Below are positions 12,831-26,326 of a stretch of 64,000 nt of DNA, piece by piece (within the stretch, counting starts at the first letter, position 1; each line of letters opens with the position of its first letter). The DNA comes from Camelus ferus. Taxonomy: Eukaryota. The notes beneath the pieces are model-generated. The model was not told the DNA's origin, did no database searches, and saw nothing but the letters and a program-made list of their open reading frames with translations. A program made the translations under genes and the position numbers. The DNA lies in the NCBI RefSeq assembly GCF_009834535.1, contig NC_045697.1, positions 76,448,001 through 76,512,000 on the forward strand, read 5' to 3'.

Positions 12831-15800
12831 CTAGCACATTCCCAGCCTATAGTAGCTTTTGGTAAATGCTAAGTCATTCCAATCCTGGTTCTGCCACCAA
12901 CGAAGTGACCTTGATCAAATCATTGACCTCTCTGGACCTCACTTTCCTCATCTGTAAAACAAGGCTGTTGAACTATGGGATCTTTGAGACTCCTCTAATC
13001 TATAATTTTGTATTTCTAAATCCCCACCCCAACACTGGCCCCATGCTCCTTGGACTCACACAATTTCCAGAAAGGAAAGCAGAAACTTTCTGTTTATCCC
13101 TACACTATCAATTCTGTTCTACAATCTTGAATGGAGCATCAGCTGTGTGTGGGACCTGAAGACACACAATGTGGTACTGGCCCTGCCCTCTAGAAGCTCA
13201 CAGTTGAATGATGTGACCCACTGTAACACATTAAGCACAAGCTGTGTTCAAGCTACGAACAACTGCTGTGGTAACACACTGGATAGCAATAATCCCACAG
13301 AGCTCACAGATGGTTGTTTTAATTTAGCAAAGTACGTGAAAAATCAGTTAAGCCATGTGTTTGGCATCACCCAAACAAAATACCCAATATATTGGATTTT
13401 CTTATTTTGAACCTATGCTCTAGGTTTCATTTGGCCATAGCCTAAATATCTGAGGAGAACAAAAATGGTGCTAAAACACATACATCCTATCCTAAAACAT
13501 GCTTTATTTGGTCTGTCTGGTCTAGGAGATGTGTCCTGATCTGCTCACCACGGATTCTCCTGAGTAGAGCAAGTCCTCTTGCCGACATTTGCCGAGCAGA
13601 TACCAGCCTGCAAGTTGAAAGTCTGCATAAAGCAATTTCCGGCTGAGGCAAAGCATTCAGAGCCCCCACATTCACTGGCTTAGCCGGCAGTATCTCTTTC
13701 AACTCACCTGGTCTAAATGCTAACCATGGTTCACAAAATGATTCATTTCAACCTCAGCTGCTGAGACCTACGATTCGCCTCTTATACTTCAACTCTTTGC
13801 AAGTTGGAACCTGTGCTGGTTCCATTTGCTAATGGTGGCTACAGCCTTGTCTCTCCAAATTCCAGCATTGAAGGACAAAGACATAGCTATAAATTTCACT
13901 GAACCCTGATGTATAAAGTTATTGTTTCTTAGGTCTCCAAAGCATTTATTTCTGCCCCACATAGAAGCTATTCTCTGCAATGAAATGGGAAGGCTTCTCA
14001 AAAGAAAGCATTTGATGATCTAGCTGGTAAAAACAGACATGATTAAAACAGAGGCAAAGAATCCACATGTTGCTATTACCTTAATGATTAAAACATGCAG
14101 CTCATTAATTTAATCTGAGACTGAGCCCTTTTGTGGGTAGACAACTCATATGTAATGTCTTACTCCAGCTAAAGAGACTTGTCCCATGCCAAGCCTGGAT
14201 CCCCATTTCTTTTATTATTGAAAAGCCATTGGTACAATCCAAAATGATTAAAGCCACAGAGATTGAATTGCAGACAAAGAACTTCAGATTGGATCAGGGA
14301 TGGGAAAATAAAACTCCAACCGAGTACAGGACTCAAGGGACCCACAATCTAAACATTTGTTTTTTGTTTTTTGTTTTTTTTTTTACAAGCTGGAAAATTC
14401 AACTTTCTAGTTCATAACATGTAAGGGAAAATAACTGGCATAGTCTATTAATACACTAATACTATTTTGTGAGAGGAGTTCCTCCAGGGACCCTAAAAGA
14501 GGACCCTTAAAATCACATATGTATTATACACAAAATGTCAGACATATAAGACAACTAACGAAACAAGGATTCCTGGGTCCAATTCTCCTTGTCCATAGAT
14601 ACTTACTGTATGAACCTAGGGAAATTTTTAAACTTGATTATTGGGATAATAATTAACAAAACAGTACCTAAAACATTTAACCAGAAAGCAGACCAGCAAA
14701 ATTAACATTCCACAAAAATTTACAGAAAAATAAATGAAAAAAAAAATCACATTGCCTCCAGGTAACTAATCTATAAAAAATCAAATATTCTCATTATAAC
14801 TATTCCTTTGTACAAAACAAAAACAAATAATTCAAGCCTTTGCTATCACTCAAAAAAAGCGAAGAATGTCTTTTTCAATTGCTAATACTCTGCATCTAAG
14901 TTTTAAGATTCATCAAACCAGTTCTCAGTCACCAGACTTGAGCCTTGTTCTTTTTCTTCGTAAGTTACGACTTACATAATAAAGCAAACTGTATCCTTAG
15001 GTGATGTTAGGTTAGGCTACAGAGGAGATTCCTGTCCCCTCTTATGCATCTTTCACACTCCATCCTTTGCCACGGGATCCTCTTGATCTAGCTCATGAAA
15101 CAGAAGATAGTTGAGTGAGGGGCACAATTGCTAGGATACTTTTTGGTGCTCCTTAAAAACTAAAGTGTTTATGTTGAGGTAGATCCTATTTTAACCAAAT
15201 GGGAAATTTCATTCTGATATTCTGCTGTTAGCCAGTTCTTTCAATGGAAAGACAATCATGACAAATGTTATATGAATTTTTCCACTTGACTATAGATAGG
15301 TTCTTAAGTCAAAATAAGTTTATCTTCAGTAATAAAAATACTCAAAGAAAAACTCTTAAATGGACTGTGTCTAGAGGAACTTACTCTGCCTGTGTGTTAA
15401 CACAGAAGCTATATTGCCTGCTAAGACAAAGAGAGTGATAAATGGTGATACCACAAATATTAATTTTTTATTTTTATACATGGGGCCTATTTCTGGTTGA
15501 TATTTCCTCTGGCTTGGCAGAATTGGCAATGGGATATTGATGCCTAAGAGTAACGCTTAAGGCAAAAATCTTGGTGTTTTAAATGAATTCTTTTATATAA
15601 ATACCTCTTTGTGACCTGCTGTTTAACAGATTTTACAATGCATTATATCATGCTCCAATATTAGGACTTTTAGTTTGGGACTAGCAGAAATAGTTCAGCT
15701 AGTGAAAATAATAATTTTTTCATGCTATACTACATGGTAATTTAAAGTATTTCAATTAAACAAACTGTCTCATTACTGCTCCTTGATGATGCTTTGATAT

Positions 15801-16739
15801 GATCAGAAATCCCAAGGATGCTATTGGGATACACTCTTAACTATCACATGAATGTGCTAAAGAAGGTTACCATATGCCAAACATTTTAGAGCACTCAGAT
15901 GACCTACTTTAAAAACGTTTGAAGCCATTTTGTGGTGTGGACTCAGAACAAATTACCCTTGTTTAATAAGTAGCTTCCAATTTATGTTCCAAAAAGCATC
16001 CAAGCTCTCCCACTGAGATTTTAAAAATTCCACTTCTTTCTCCCATCATAGCTTAAGATTATTTGAAAGTACATTTGTTCATAAAGTACTTGTTATCCTC
16101 TTACTACTTTGCTTTTCACAGGACAGTCTAATAGTGGATGTTATAATAAATAATTGACTGCTTTATATCATATTCCCTGTCATTTCACCCTCAAAGATTC
16201 TAAATTCACTTGGACAGTTCTCTAAGAAACAAAAGATTAAGTACAGAAATAAACTAAATTGCTTAAGGTAGCATTGAGATATTCAAGATAAATTAAATGT
16301 TGCTACTTTAAGTTGAATATTCAAATGCCGTCAGATAAGCTGAAGGTTTAAAAAGATTTTAAAATTTGTTAATTTTACTGTGTTGAAAACAGATGGAAAA
16401 AACCCCTCCAAATTCCTCATGTTCTTAAGCAAGAGGATCACTTGTAAACTTTTTTTGTCATGTAAACAACTAGCTTCTTGAATTTAAATACCTGTTAATT
16501 TTAATTTAAATATTAGACAGAACCAGTTGTTGGACATGATAACAAATAACTCAATGCTCCATGTACTGAATTTTCAATTTGTTCTTTTGGTACTGTATGC
16601 TACAGCAATAGGAAAAGTATAGATTTTGAGATCTTAACTCAAATCTGCTTTAACCTGTAAAAGTGATGCAGTATTATTTACTCAAGCCTGCTAATAATAA
16701 CACTATCTTTTATCTTGATTGTATAAACCATTTCTTTAC

Positions 16740-17120
16740 TAGTTAGGGTAAGTAGTGCTAACTGCTATAACAGACCCCATGATCTCAGTGGCACACAATG
16801 AAAGTTTCTCCCTCACACACAATGTCCAATGTGATGGTTCCCACTGTGGCTTCAAAATTAATGAGGGTTTCAGAGTTCTCTCTTGGATCGTACAGTCAGA
16901 GGATGGACTACCTGATCCAGAGAGAGACTATGAAGCGTACTGCAGGAACTTGGGGGGAGGAAAGCCTAGGCCTAAAAGTATCGTACCTCATTTCCACCAC
17001 TGTTTCAACTCAGTTACGTGGTCACAACTAAGTACAGGGGAGGCTGGCAAATGTAGACTGGCTGTCTACTAGTAGGTAACAAATAGGTTTTGATGAACAC
17101 ATAGAGATCTTGTCATAAGC
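16740..17120 (-). mobile_element. Old MLT1-like LTR
   Basis: GCTAACTGCTATAACAGACCCC..CTCAGTGGC and GGGAGGCTGGCAAATGTAG motifs. Confidence 0.55.
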
Positions 17121-17588
17121 CTCTATCGCCTCAGCAGGGACTTGCTAAAAGGAATCTAGTCTCTCCATCACCCTTATAACAAGAGAAAACATCACCTGGG
17201 TGGTAAACTGAGTAGTAAACACAAAGTCTATGCAGTGACACTGAAAGTACTAGTCTAACTAAAAGGCGTAAGTAACCAGTATGAAATACTAAAAGGTACT
17301 TAGTAATCTATGCAACATGATATTTAACCGTCATCGTCCCAGGTGCCTCTTCAAAGTACAAGGATTCAGTTTTTCCATGCAATTCTCTGAATCTTTTGAG
17401 TTCTGAAAGTACTTTTCTTTTCCACTCACCTGGCTGTCAAAAATGGCAGACATGGTAACTTTAACTTCACTTTAATCCTGAAAGCTAGAATTAATCAAAA
17501 TAGTTCACCGAAATATTTCTTCCTGGCCTGTGTGACCCAAATTAGTGTTTTAAGAGGCACACCTTATGAACCAATTTGAAGCTGAAGC

Positions 17589-17596
17589 TGTGTGTA

Positions 17597-17629
<33 letters not shown>
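17589..17629. repeat. (TG)n microsatellite, perfect (TG)14 at 17601-17628
   Basis: Direct read. Confidence 0.95.
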
Positions 17630-17632
<3 letters not shown>

Positions 17633-19719
17633 AAGCTATGTATTTTTGAAAGCTTGAATCCAGACAAAGCCTCAAAAGAACATCCAAATAGTCTCTCAAC
17701 GTATATTCCATTCAGTTTAAGTTCCTGCCAGAGGTCTGATTTGAGTCCTTGTTAATGATCAAGCTTTCCAAACTTTCTGCAATGACCTCTGATGCAAAAG
17801 GAAATCCACCCCATTGTATAACTAGTCTCCAAAGCAAAAATTAAGCAGAAAACTGAGGCAAGTTCCCAGAAAATTCAAGCAAAACCTCACAGCTTGATAT
17901 ATATCTTCTTTTAAATATCACAACCCCAGAGCAAGACAGCAAATAATTGATAGGCAACGCAGAGAAGGGTAACTGACAGGACTGAACCCCTGCAGGGACT
18001 GACCTAGAAAGAGATAAAAGAAACTGAGAGAGACTGGTTGCGCCATCTTCACACAGTCCTGAGAGGTAGACATTGCTGAGATCTGGCCCTGTCTAATCCC
18101 TCCATGGCTTCAAACATTGTTCAGTTTCTATTTTGGTAACGCTTACTTTTTCAAATGGGGATAGTAAGAAGTGGGTTCAGTTTCATCTCTAGGCTGAGGT
18201 GCATTCAAAGGGCATCTATCTGATTTGTTTTTTCTCTAGAAGGCAATCTTCCCAAAGCTTTCCAGAGAGATTCCTCTGGGACCGAATAAAACTTACTTAA
18301 CCTCACTGGCCTCAATTTTCTCTTCTGCAGAAGGGGCGTTTAAGATATCTACCTTGTGGGCTTGAATGAGGATAAAATAAGTTAAATATGTAAGGTTGCT
18401 GAACAAAGGGCCTTACAAATAAAAGAACTCAAGAAATGATAGCCATTGTTATGTTAAAAAGAAAGTTTATATCAGCTGTCGATGACCTCTGGCATTACCT
18501 AATAATCCTTCAAGTTGGTAAAATATTACTTGAAGCCTAAAACTCTCTATATTTAACTTAATTCCATTCATTTTAGGCTATATTTTAGAGACTTACACAG
18601 TATCTTCTATGTGTTTTTATGTAGTTTCAATTTTTTTGAAAAGTCTGGGGATTCAGGAAAATGGTAAGGTTGAAATAGATGGTGCTGCCTAGACCTAAGT
18701 TTGTCCACACAGAAGCTCAGCAAGAATTTATGACGAAACAGTTCTTGCCTCATGACAGGAGGTATGGCAAATGTGTGGCCGCTGTAATACCTAGCTCACC
18801 TCCAAAACAGACATCTCCCTCTACTAGTGAACATCTAGATCACCAAACTCTTCTATAGAGCCCGGATTTTTCCATAAACTTCTCTTCAGAAATACTTTGG
18901 ACAGTCCCCACAGATCTATCAGCCATTACTAATCTATTTCCATTCATGGGCAATCACACAGAGTGGAGCATATTTTAAATGGGAAGAAAACCTTGAAGAA
19001 TAAACTGATTTTGACTTCTTATTTTGGTTTTCTGTGTCTGGAGACCAAAACAAAACAAAGCAAAGCAAAACATGATTAAAGCCAATTCTTGATCATCTGT
19101 GATAACGGAGAGTACAGTATAGCATGAACAAATCATATTAACGAATCTCAAAAGCCTACAGTAGAAATGAAAACTTAAAAGAAAATTATGTCTAAATATA
19201 AGACATCATTGGAACACAAGAAGCTTAAGTTTCATTTGAAAACAAACAGCAAAAAAATCCATGGTGGGCAACGATGGGCAAAACTGTTCTTTTGTCAAGA
19301 GCTGTTTACAAGTAACTAAATCTGCAGATTTTATTTTCACTTCCTCTGCCCTTCACTGCAAGTAGACTAGTAGATGGGGTAAGGTATCTCAACAGGGCAA
19401 GAGGCAAAAAGGAAGAGAGACAACTGAGCTGCGAAACCAGACATGTTGATCAGTTCTCGAATAATCCACATCTGCAAAGCTATGAAATTTTTGGTGATTA
19501 ACATGAAAACAGTCTCAGTGCTAAGTGAGAAAAGGTGAAGTAACAGCATGGGAAGCCTATAAGAAAAAGCTAAAGATATTTCAAAGAATACAATCTATGA
19601 ACTAGAAAACAAATCTCCAACAGCAATTTTGTTAAGTTCTTGCATAAAAGACAAGATCATCTATGTTGACTCAAGGTAAGGATGACATGTGTTGGGTCAC
19701 TACCATTGAGAGTAGCAGA

Positions 19720-19960
19720 ATAGCACTGCAGTGAACAGACTCTAGTCTGGGTTCAATCCCAGCTCTGCAAATGTCCTGCTTTGTGACCTTGGACAAATTG
19801 CATGAGTTCTCTGTGTCTCAGTTTTCTTCTCTATAAAGTGGGGATGATAACAGAAACACCTTATAATGTTCTGAAAGGTTTAAATGAGTTAATGTATCTA
19901 ACATTGAGAACAGTTCTTGACATATAATAGGTATTATACTTGAATATTTGCTGCTGTTCC
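19720..19960 (+). mobile_element. MIR
   Basis: GGGTTCAATCCCAGCTCTG..TGTGACCTTGGACAAATT..CTCTGTGTCTCAGTTTTCTTCTCTATAAAGTGGGGATGATAA. Confidence 0.8.
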
Positions 19961-20067
19961 TAATTGTTAAAGATCAAACCTCAAAGGAAGAATAGATCCT
20001 TTTTAAAAAATAGTAGGACACATTACTGAGTTTTTATCATGTGTTTATTTTTAGACACTTTAGAGAG

Positions 20068-20567
20068 TGTATTAGTTTCCTACAGTTGCTGTAATAGATT
20101 TCCACAAATTTAGTGGTTTAAACCACACAAATTTATTATCTTACAGTGCTGGAAGTCAGAAGTCTGAAATGAGTCTCACTGGGCTAAAATCAGGAAGTTG
20201 GTAGGGCATGCCTTTCTGGGGTGCTAGGGGAAAATCTGTTTTCTTGCCTTTTTAGTTTCTAGAGGCTGCCTACATTCCTTGGCTGGTGGCCCCCTTCCAA
20301 TGTCAAAGTCAGCAGCGTGAAGTCTTTCTCACATTACATCACCGACACTGACTTTCTACTTTCTTCTTCTACATTTCAGACCTCTGTGATTACACTGTAC
20401 TCATCCTGATAATCCAGGATAATCTTCCTATTTTAAACTCAGTTTAGCAACCTTAATTCCATCTGCAACCCTAATTCTCTTTGCCATTTAACAAAACATA
20501 CTCATAGCTTCCAAAGTTTAGGGTGTAGACATGGTGGGGGGGGGGTGGCGTTGTTCTGCTTCTCACA
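20068..20567 (-). mobile_element. MLT1C/D-type solo LTR
   Basis: TGTATTAGTTTCCT...TTTATTATCTTACAGT..CTGGAAGTCAGAAGTCTGAAAT...CTCACA. TSD GAGAG/GTGAG. Confidence 0.85.
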
Positions 20568-23402
20568 GTGAGGAACAGCAGTCTATTAAACACTGGAACC
20601 ATTTATAGTCAGTATGGTAAAGTGAGAAGATAAGAAATCTGAGTTCAAGCCTGTGTTTGATTAACTAGTTTTATGACTTCCATTAATTTTAAGCCACTTG
20701 AACTCTCTGGGCATGGGCAGTAAGAGTGGTGTTGCACTGTCAGTCTGCACCCCTAGCGAGGTACTCACTTCAAAAACAGTAATTTGGTAACAAGGAGCAC
20801 AGAGCAGAGAAGCATGAGATCATCTAGTGGGAGAACAACTCAGATGCCTGGGTGACAGATGATGGCCATAAACGGTGTCTCTTTTACTTGTAAAAAGCAC
20901 ATCTGAAAGCTTTGGCTGACTGTTAACCTTGAGACAGCCTCTAGTTCCACTGGGAAACAACAAAGATCTCACTGGCTTGCTGATCTAGTCTACTTTGAGT
21001 TCTCGGTCTCATACACTTACCCAGATGATTTTAGCTGGGGCTATGCTGTTGCCTTCAGAAGTTCACCATTTACAGAATCTTGGAAAGCAGTACAAGTGTT
21101 CCCTGCTCCTCTTCCCAGGCAAGAACAGCTGTGTAATGGCAAATCCATCAGACGTTCAGCTGCTTCTTGTCCCAGACCTCCGGGGTTGGCCTATCTTTCC
21201 AAGCAAATTTGAGCCTTCTCTCTCCTCTTTGTTCCCTGTGGCTACCTATTACTGGGGATTGGGTCTCAGAGCTGTGTGGTCTAGTAGGGATATTTGGGGC
21301 TAATAATATCCATTGTGCTTGGAAACTTACATTTGTATGTACCACAATAAAGTTCCTGGGTCGAATTTGCTTGTCTGTGCTGAAAACATCAGCAGACCTC
21401 TGAAAAGGAGCCAAAAGCTTAAAGTGAGAGAGAGGTTCTGTCTAACAGATGGTGTGGAGCAGAAGGTAACAGAGTCTAAGATGAGTGACTTACCTTTATT
21501 GTTGAAGGTCTGACCTTAAAAATATCACGAAGAAAGAAACCAAGAAATCAATGTCACATAGTTGATCTTCATTCCCAGGAAATTAAATCTTCTCCTCTAC
21601 CTTTCTTTTATCAGAATGGCTCATTAGCAAAAACTGTAATGGAAAAAAAATTAATGCTTTCTCTAAGTTTGTCATGTAAAATCACTTATTAAATCATTTC
21701 TATTTGATTTCCTAGGGTGGAAATATTTGGCTGTGCTAACAATGCATCATCAAGCAGGGCTAGTGGTGGGTCTCTGTGTTTAAATGATTTTAGTAGATGT
21801 GGCTTTTGGCCTCCAGGAGCATGACATCTGTTTTTGTTTGTTTTGTATAGTAATATTCAGCAAATTCTTCTCCTTGCATTTAGAAACTGTTGGCTGAACT
21901 TCATTTGATGGCTGGGTCTCTTTCAATGTAGTATATATTTTTACTTAATGATGGAAAAAGTTGATGGATTAGTCAGAATGCTTGAATGTTAGGCTGCATA
22001 ACGATTACCATTTTTAATCATTGAGGTTCACTTGGCCAGAAAGTCCTTTGCTCCAACCCTTATTAATAGAATCATTTAAAATATATTGGTTGATACTGGT
22101 TTGTTTTCTTAAAATGGGAAGTATAATTTTTTTTTAGTGCATTACTGCTATACTAAGGATCTTGTGGGGTATGACAAGTCAGATTCTAAATATGTTTGGA
22201 CCATAGTACAGGGTGGATTGAAGACTGAGATGGGTATGTACTAACCTTAGAACTTGCCATTGTAGCTACTACTTTTTATTAAATGACTGATACTGCATTC
22301 TTTCTCCTGAAAGCCAAATGAAGAAGTTAATTCAAGTTAATTTATGGTTTCATTTCACTGAGTTCCACTTAAATAAAATATTATTGTTATATGGTCAATT
22401 ATTATGAATTATGAGATATATTTGTGGCAATGTTAACACAAGCAGGAAGAAAACTAATGTTTTGAAAACTCGAAAAGTAAGGCTTCTTAGAACTTATTTT
22501 CTGCTTGCCACACAGGTCTGCCTGTTTCCAGTGAAATCTAATTCCAAGCACCTCTTTTCATCTCTAAGAACTTAAGAACTCTGGCTCTGATTGTGTCTTT
22601 GCTTTGGTGACACCCTGGCGGCTTCTTTCTATTGCTCAGAACTTGTCCAAAAAAATGTGGAACATCCTGATGAGCTCAGTCTCTCTCATCAATCTCCAGG
22701 TCAAGTCTCCCTTTCTGAGAAGATCTTCTGATCCTTATGCCTGCTGCCCAAGGTGATGGGCTCAGGCTTTGGAGCAGGACTTAATTTTGCCTTATTCTAA
22801 ATCATGTGCTCAATTGCTTACTTTTTCTCAGATAGTGAAAAACCACCAAAGAATAGCTTAATGCATAAGGAAAAACAAATTTAGGGAAATGATCCACCTG
22901 CTTGTAAATAATAGGCTCGTGTATATGAGGTAGCTAATTCTACACAATAGTAAGCACTCCTTCAATAAAAGCAAGAGAAATGAAAAGATCCCAGGATTTC
23001 TTTGTCACACTTAAAAGTCTCCCTTACTCCAATCGCCTAATTTTTTAGAAGGGGTATTTGTTCTCTCTTATGATCTGGAAATGCATGTGCCTAATTGAAA
23101 TAAGATGTACGCCTTAAATGATGAAAATAAAAAGTGATCAAAATAGATTTTTGTTATCCGTTGGGCATTGGGAGTTTAAATGCAAACTGCAATGGCTTGC
23201 AGTGCAGGGAATTAATTATTGGTAATTGAAGTTGTAAGCTTAATTCCCTGCTTGCTTCAATGAAAATGAATCCTTTTATTTAATATTGAAATAAGCACCA
23301 CTAACCTCATGATCTAGGACAGCACATGCATTCAGCTATTAAGCAATAGTGAATGTTGAAAAAAAAAAAAAAGCTTTATCTTTTAAATACTGAATTGTGA
23401 TT

Positions 23403-23433
23403 AAAACAAAACAAAACAAAACAAAACAAAAAC
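23403..23433. repeat. (AAAAC)n
   Basis: Direct read. Confidence 0.85.
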
Positions 23434-25585
23434 ATTGGGAGGTAGATACATTAACATAACGTAGCAGATGGTGTTGGGTACCCTTAATAGATCTTGTTCT
23501 TGTTCACCCATTAGAAAACCCATTTTGTAGTCTAATAAAAGTCGAAACTATTAAAATATATATACATATATACTTTTTGAAAACTTGTTCTCAGTAAAAT
23601 GTTTTCATTGAAATGTATTGTTATATTGAAGCAGGATGGCCATTTAAACTGTTGAGCAAGTAAATTCCCTGTCCAGTATTTCTGCTGTAAGGGGTTCTTT
23701 TCTTTCTGAGGGAATATTACAGCCAAACACGATGTGGACTTGGCTTTCTGCTCAGTCCCATCTCTGGTCTCTCTCTGTCTCTGTCTCTCGGTTCTGACCA
23801 TCCAAAACTGCCCCTGGGCATTTATTTACACTTACTGTTAACTTAGGTCTGGTATTGCTTTCCCGGGCTCCCTATATCTGCCCTTTGCCTAAGCACCATC
23901 TTTTACTCCTCTTAGATCTCAGCTCAAACATTACACCTGAGATCTGGCAAGTCCTCCTCTTTTATATTCGTATCGCAGTAAGTCACGTTGTAATTACTTG
24001 TTTCACGCTTGTCCCTTCTGCCAAGCACAGTTTCAAGAAGGCAGGGACAGTGCTGCCTTGTTCATAGCTAGGGCTCCAGTAACTAGTTCAGAGCCTTGCA
24101 CATGCTGAGAATTAAGAAACATGTTTTGGGGGAAGGAAGGAAGGAGGGGAGAAAGGGAAAAAGGAAGAAGGCTGAATGTTACTTAAGGTCAGCCAGAGAG
24201 ATCCTTGGCAAATTTTCTGTTTTATAGTCCTGAAGTTTCCACAATAGTTATAATACAATTAATGATTTCTTTTTTTTCATTTTTATGGGAAATGAGTGGA
24301 ATGAAGAGTTTCCAACTTTTTACTATTGTACTTCATACTAATCCCCGACTGCACCTTTGCAGAAAACAATTTATCCATATTTCAATAATTAACACATGTA
24401 ATTGTGTAATAAGTAACCTAAGAAAAATTTCTTGTTAAGAAATTACACTTGCATTCTGTTTAGCGTGTTTACTAGAGAAAAACAACATTGTATTTCCTCA
24501 AATGAGAAAGAATAGTTTGAATTTGCTCTCAGGGACACTAATCATTTCTCACCTAGGAGAGGTAATAAGATGGATGCCTCTGTTCTTTAAATAAACATCC
24601 ATTGTGTGCATCAAGTTTGGTCGCGGGTTGTGGAAAAATCCCTCTGAGTTGGCTTCAAGGACCAAAATGCAGCTGCTCAGACTGTTCAAACTTTCAAAAC
24701 TAGTTTTCTCAACAGCAGAGGGCTTAAATGAATACGTACTTGTACAATCTAAATATTGTTTTGCATTATCATGGAGAGAGAATAAAGGAGACAGAAGAAC
24801 ACTCTCATTGGTCTTTATCTCAGTAACATGAAACTACTGACTCATTGCTCATTTTAAGAGAAGCAAAAGTGACCTAAATGGTTTTCTGGGTTAAGATGGT
24901 AGAGTAAACCACACATCTGATTTTGCTTCTCTGAAAAATTCCACTAAAACTTGAGTAAAGAGATTTTCTTTAAAAGGCATAAACCTACATGAAAGTGAAC
25001 ACAAGAGAATACAAGAGCAGTAAAATTTTGGAATCTAGAAAGCAGACTGACAACTGGCAGCACCATACACCTCTGCTTGGTGTAGCAGGTGTAAAGGAGA
25101 GGCTAAAGTAACTAGGAGGCTAAGGTAGGGAGGGCTGGGTGAAAGCTGTTCCTCCAGGCCAGCTCTCTACATCTTTGCTCACATTGCACATTGCTATATT
25201 TTAATATATATAGTACTTACATTAAATAAATATACATACAAACTATATAGTATAATAGTTAATTCTCCCTATAATAGAAGCAAATACAGAAGGCCTCTGG
25301 ACTGTGAGACATTAAACATAAACGAAGGTATGTTATTATTATCATACCAAATACAGAGAGATGTCATGACTGAATGCTAAGTACCAACAACTTCTATCTC
25401 TTCCCTGACTTGGCTCCCAGAATGCCAGCCGCCGACCATTTCCCTCTAAGCAGGAGATTGGAAAATTCTTTTCTGCTAAACATAACTAGCCTAAGAGGAA
25501 AGATTTGCAAATACTCACATCAGGAGTTCACCAACAAGCAGCCCATCCGTATCACCTGACAGTGTCATTCAAAGGAAACAAACCT

Positions 25586-25839
25586 TGGGGTGGGGTGGGT
25601 ATAGCTCAGCGGTCGAGTGCATGCTGAGCATGCAGGGTCCTCGGTTCAATCCCCAGTACCGCTATTAAATAAACAAATAAATAAGCCTAATTGCCCCCCG
25701 AAATAAATAAAACAAAGTGGGGCAGAATTTAGAAATAGGTAATATTTATTAAATTAGGGACTCTACAATTATAGAGAATTTTTAAATAAATAAATAAATA
25801 AAACCAAATTATTGCCTCCTCAAAATTAAAAAAAATAAA
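25586..25839 (+). mobile_element. tRNA-derived SINE (camelid Vic-1-like), long-tail form
   Basis: GGGTATAGCTCAGCGGTCGAG (A box) and GGTTCAATCCC (B box), A-rich tail, 15-bp TSD AAAGGAAACAA(A/G)CCT at 25571-25585 and 25840-25854. Confidence 0.85.
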
Positions 25840-25996
25840 AAAGGAAACAAGCCTCATCAAAGTACTCAGGGCAACCAATTATATTTCAGCCCCTCATTCT
25901 TAATCATGAACATATAAGAGAGTATGACCAAAAACTTGAGAAAGACCTCCAGCATAGACAACAGAGGCCAAAACCCATGAACAAAAAGAAAGTAAC

Positions 25997-26095
25997 CTGG
26001 AGAAGGTGGAGGGTGTAGTTCAGTGGTAGAGCACATGCTTAGCATGCAGAAGGTCCTGGGTTCTTTCCTCAGTAACTCCATTAAAAGAAAAAAGT
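25997..26095 (+). mobile_element. tRNA-derived SINE (Vic-1-like)
   Basis: GGGTGTAGTTCAGTGGTAGAGCACATGCTTAGCATGCAGAAGGTCCTGGGTTC, homologous to the copy at 25586. Confidence 0.85.
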
Positions 26096-26326
26096 CACAC
26101 ATTACTATAAATAAAACAGATAAACAACAAGGACCTACTGTATAGCACAGGGAACTATATTCAATTTCTTATAATAACATATAATAGAAAAGAATCTGAA
26201 AAGAAAGAAAATATATGTATGTAGATGTATGACTGAATCACTTTGCTGTACACCTGAAACTAACACTGTAAATCAACTACACTTCAATTAAAATTTTTTT
26301 AATTTAAAAAATATTTTGAAAATTAA
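26096..26326 (+). mobile_element. L1 3' end (cetartiodactyl-type)
   Basis: AACAACAAGGACCTACTGTATAGCACAGGGAACTATATTCAAT...CACTTTGCTGTACACCTGAAACTAACA, then an A-rich tail. Related copies at about 43551 and 50505. Confidence 0.85.

Noticed and set aside
13180..13202. CTCF-like CTGCCCTCTAG
   Set aside because: It matches a common L2-derived CCTGCCCTC..GAAGCTCACAG segment.
25586..26090. tRNA genes
   Set aside because: The tRNA-like A/B boxes belong to SINEs, which have A-rich tails, TSDs and multiple diverged copies.
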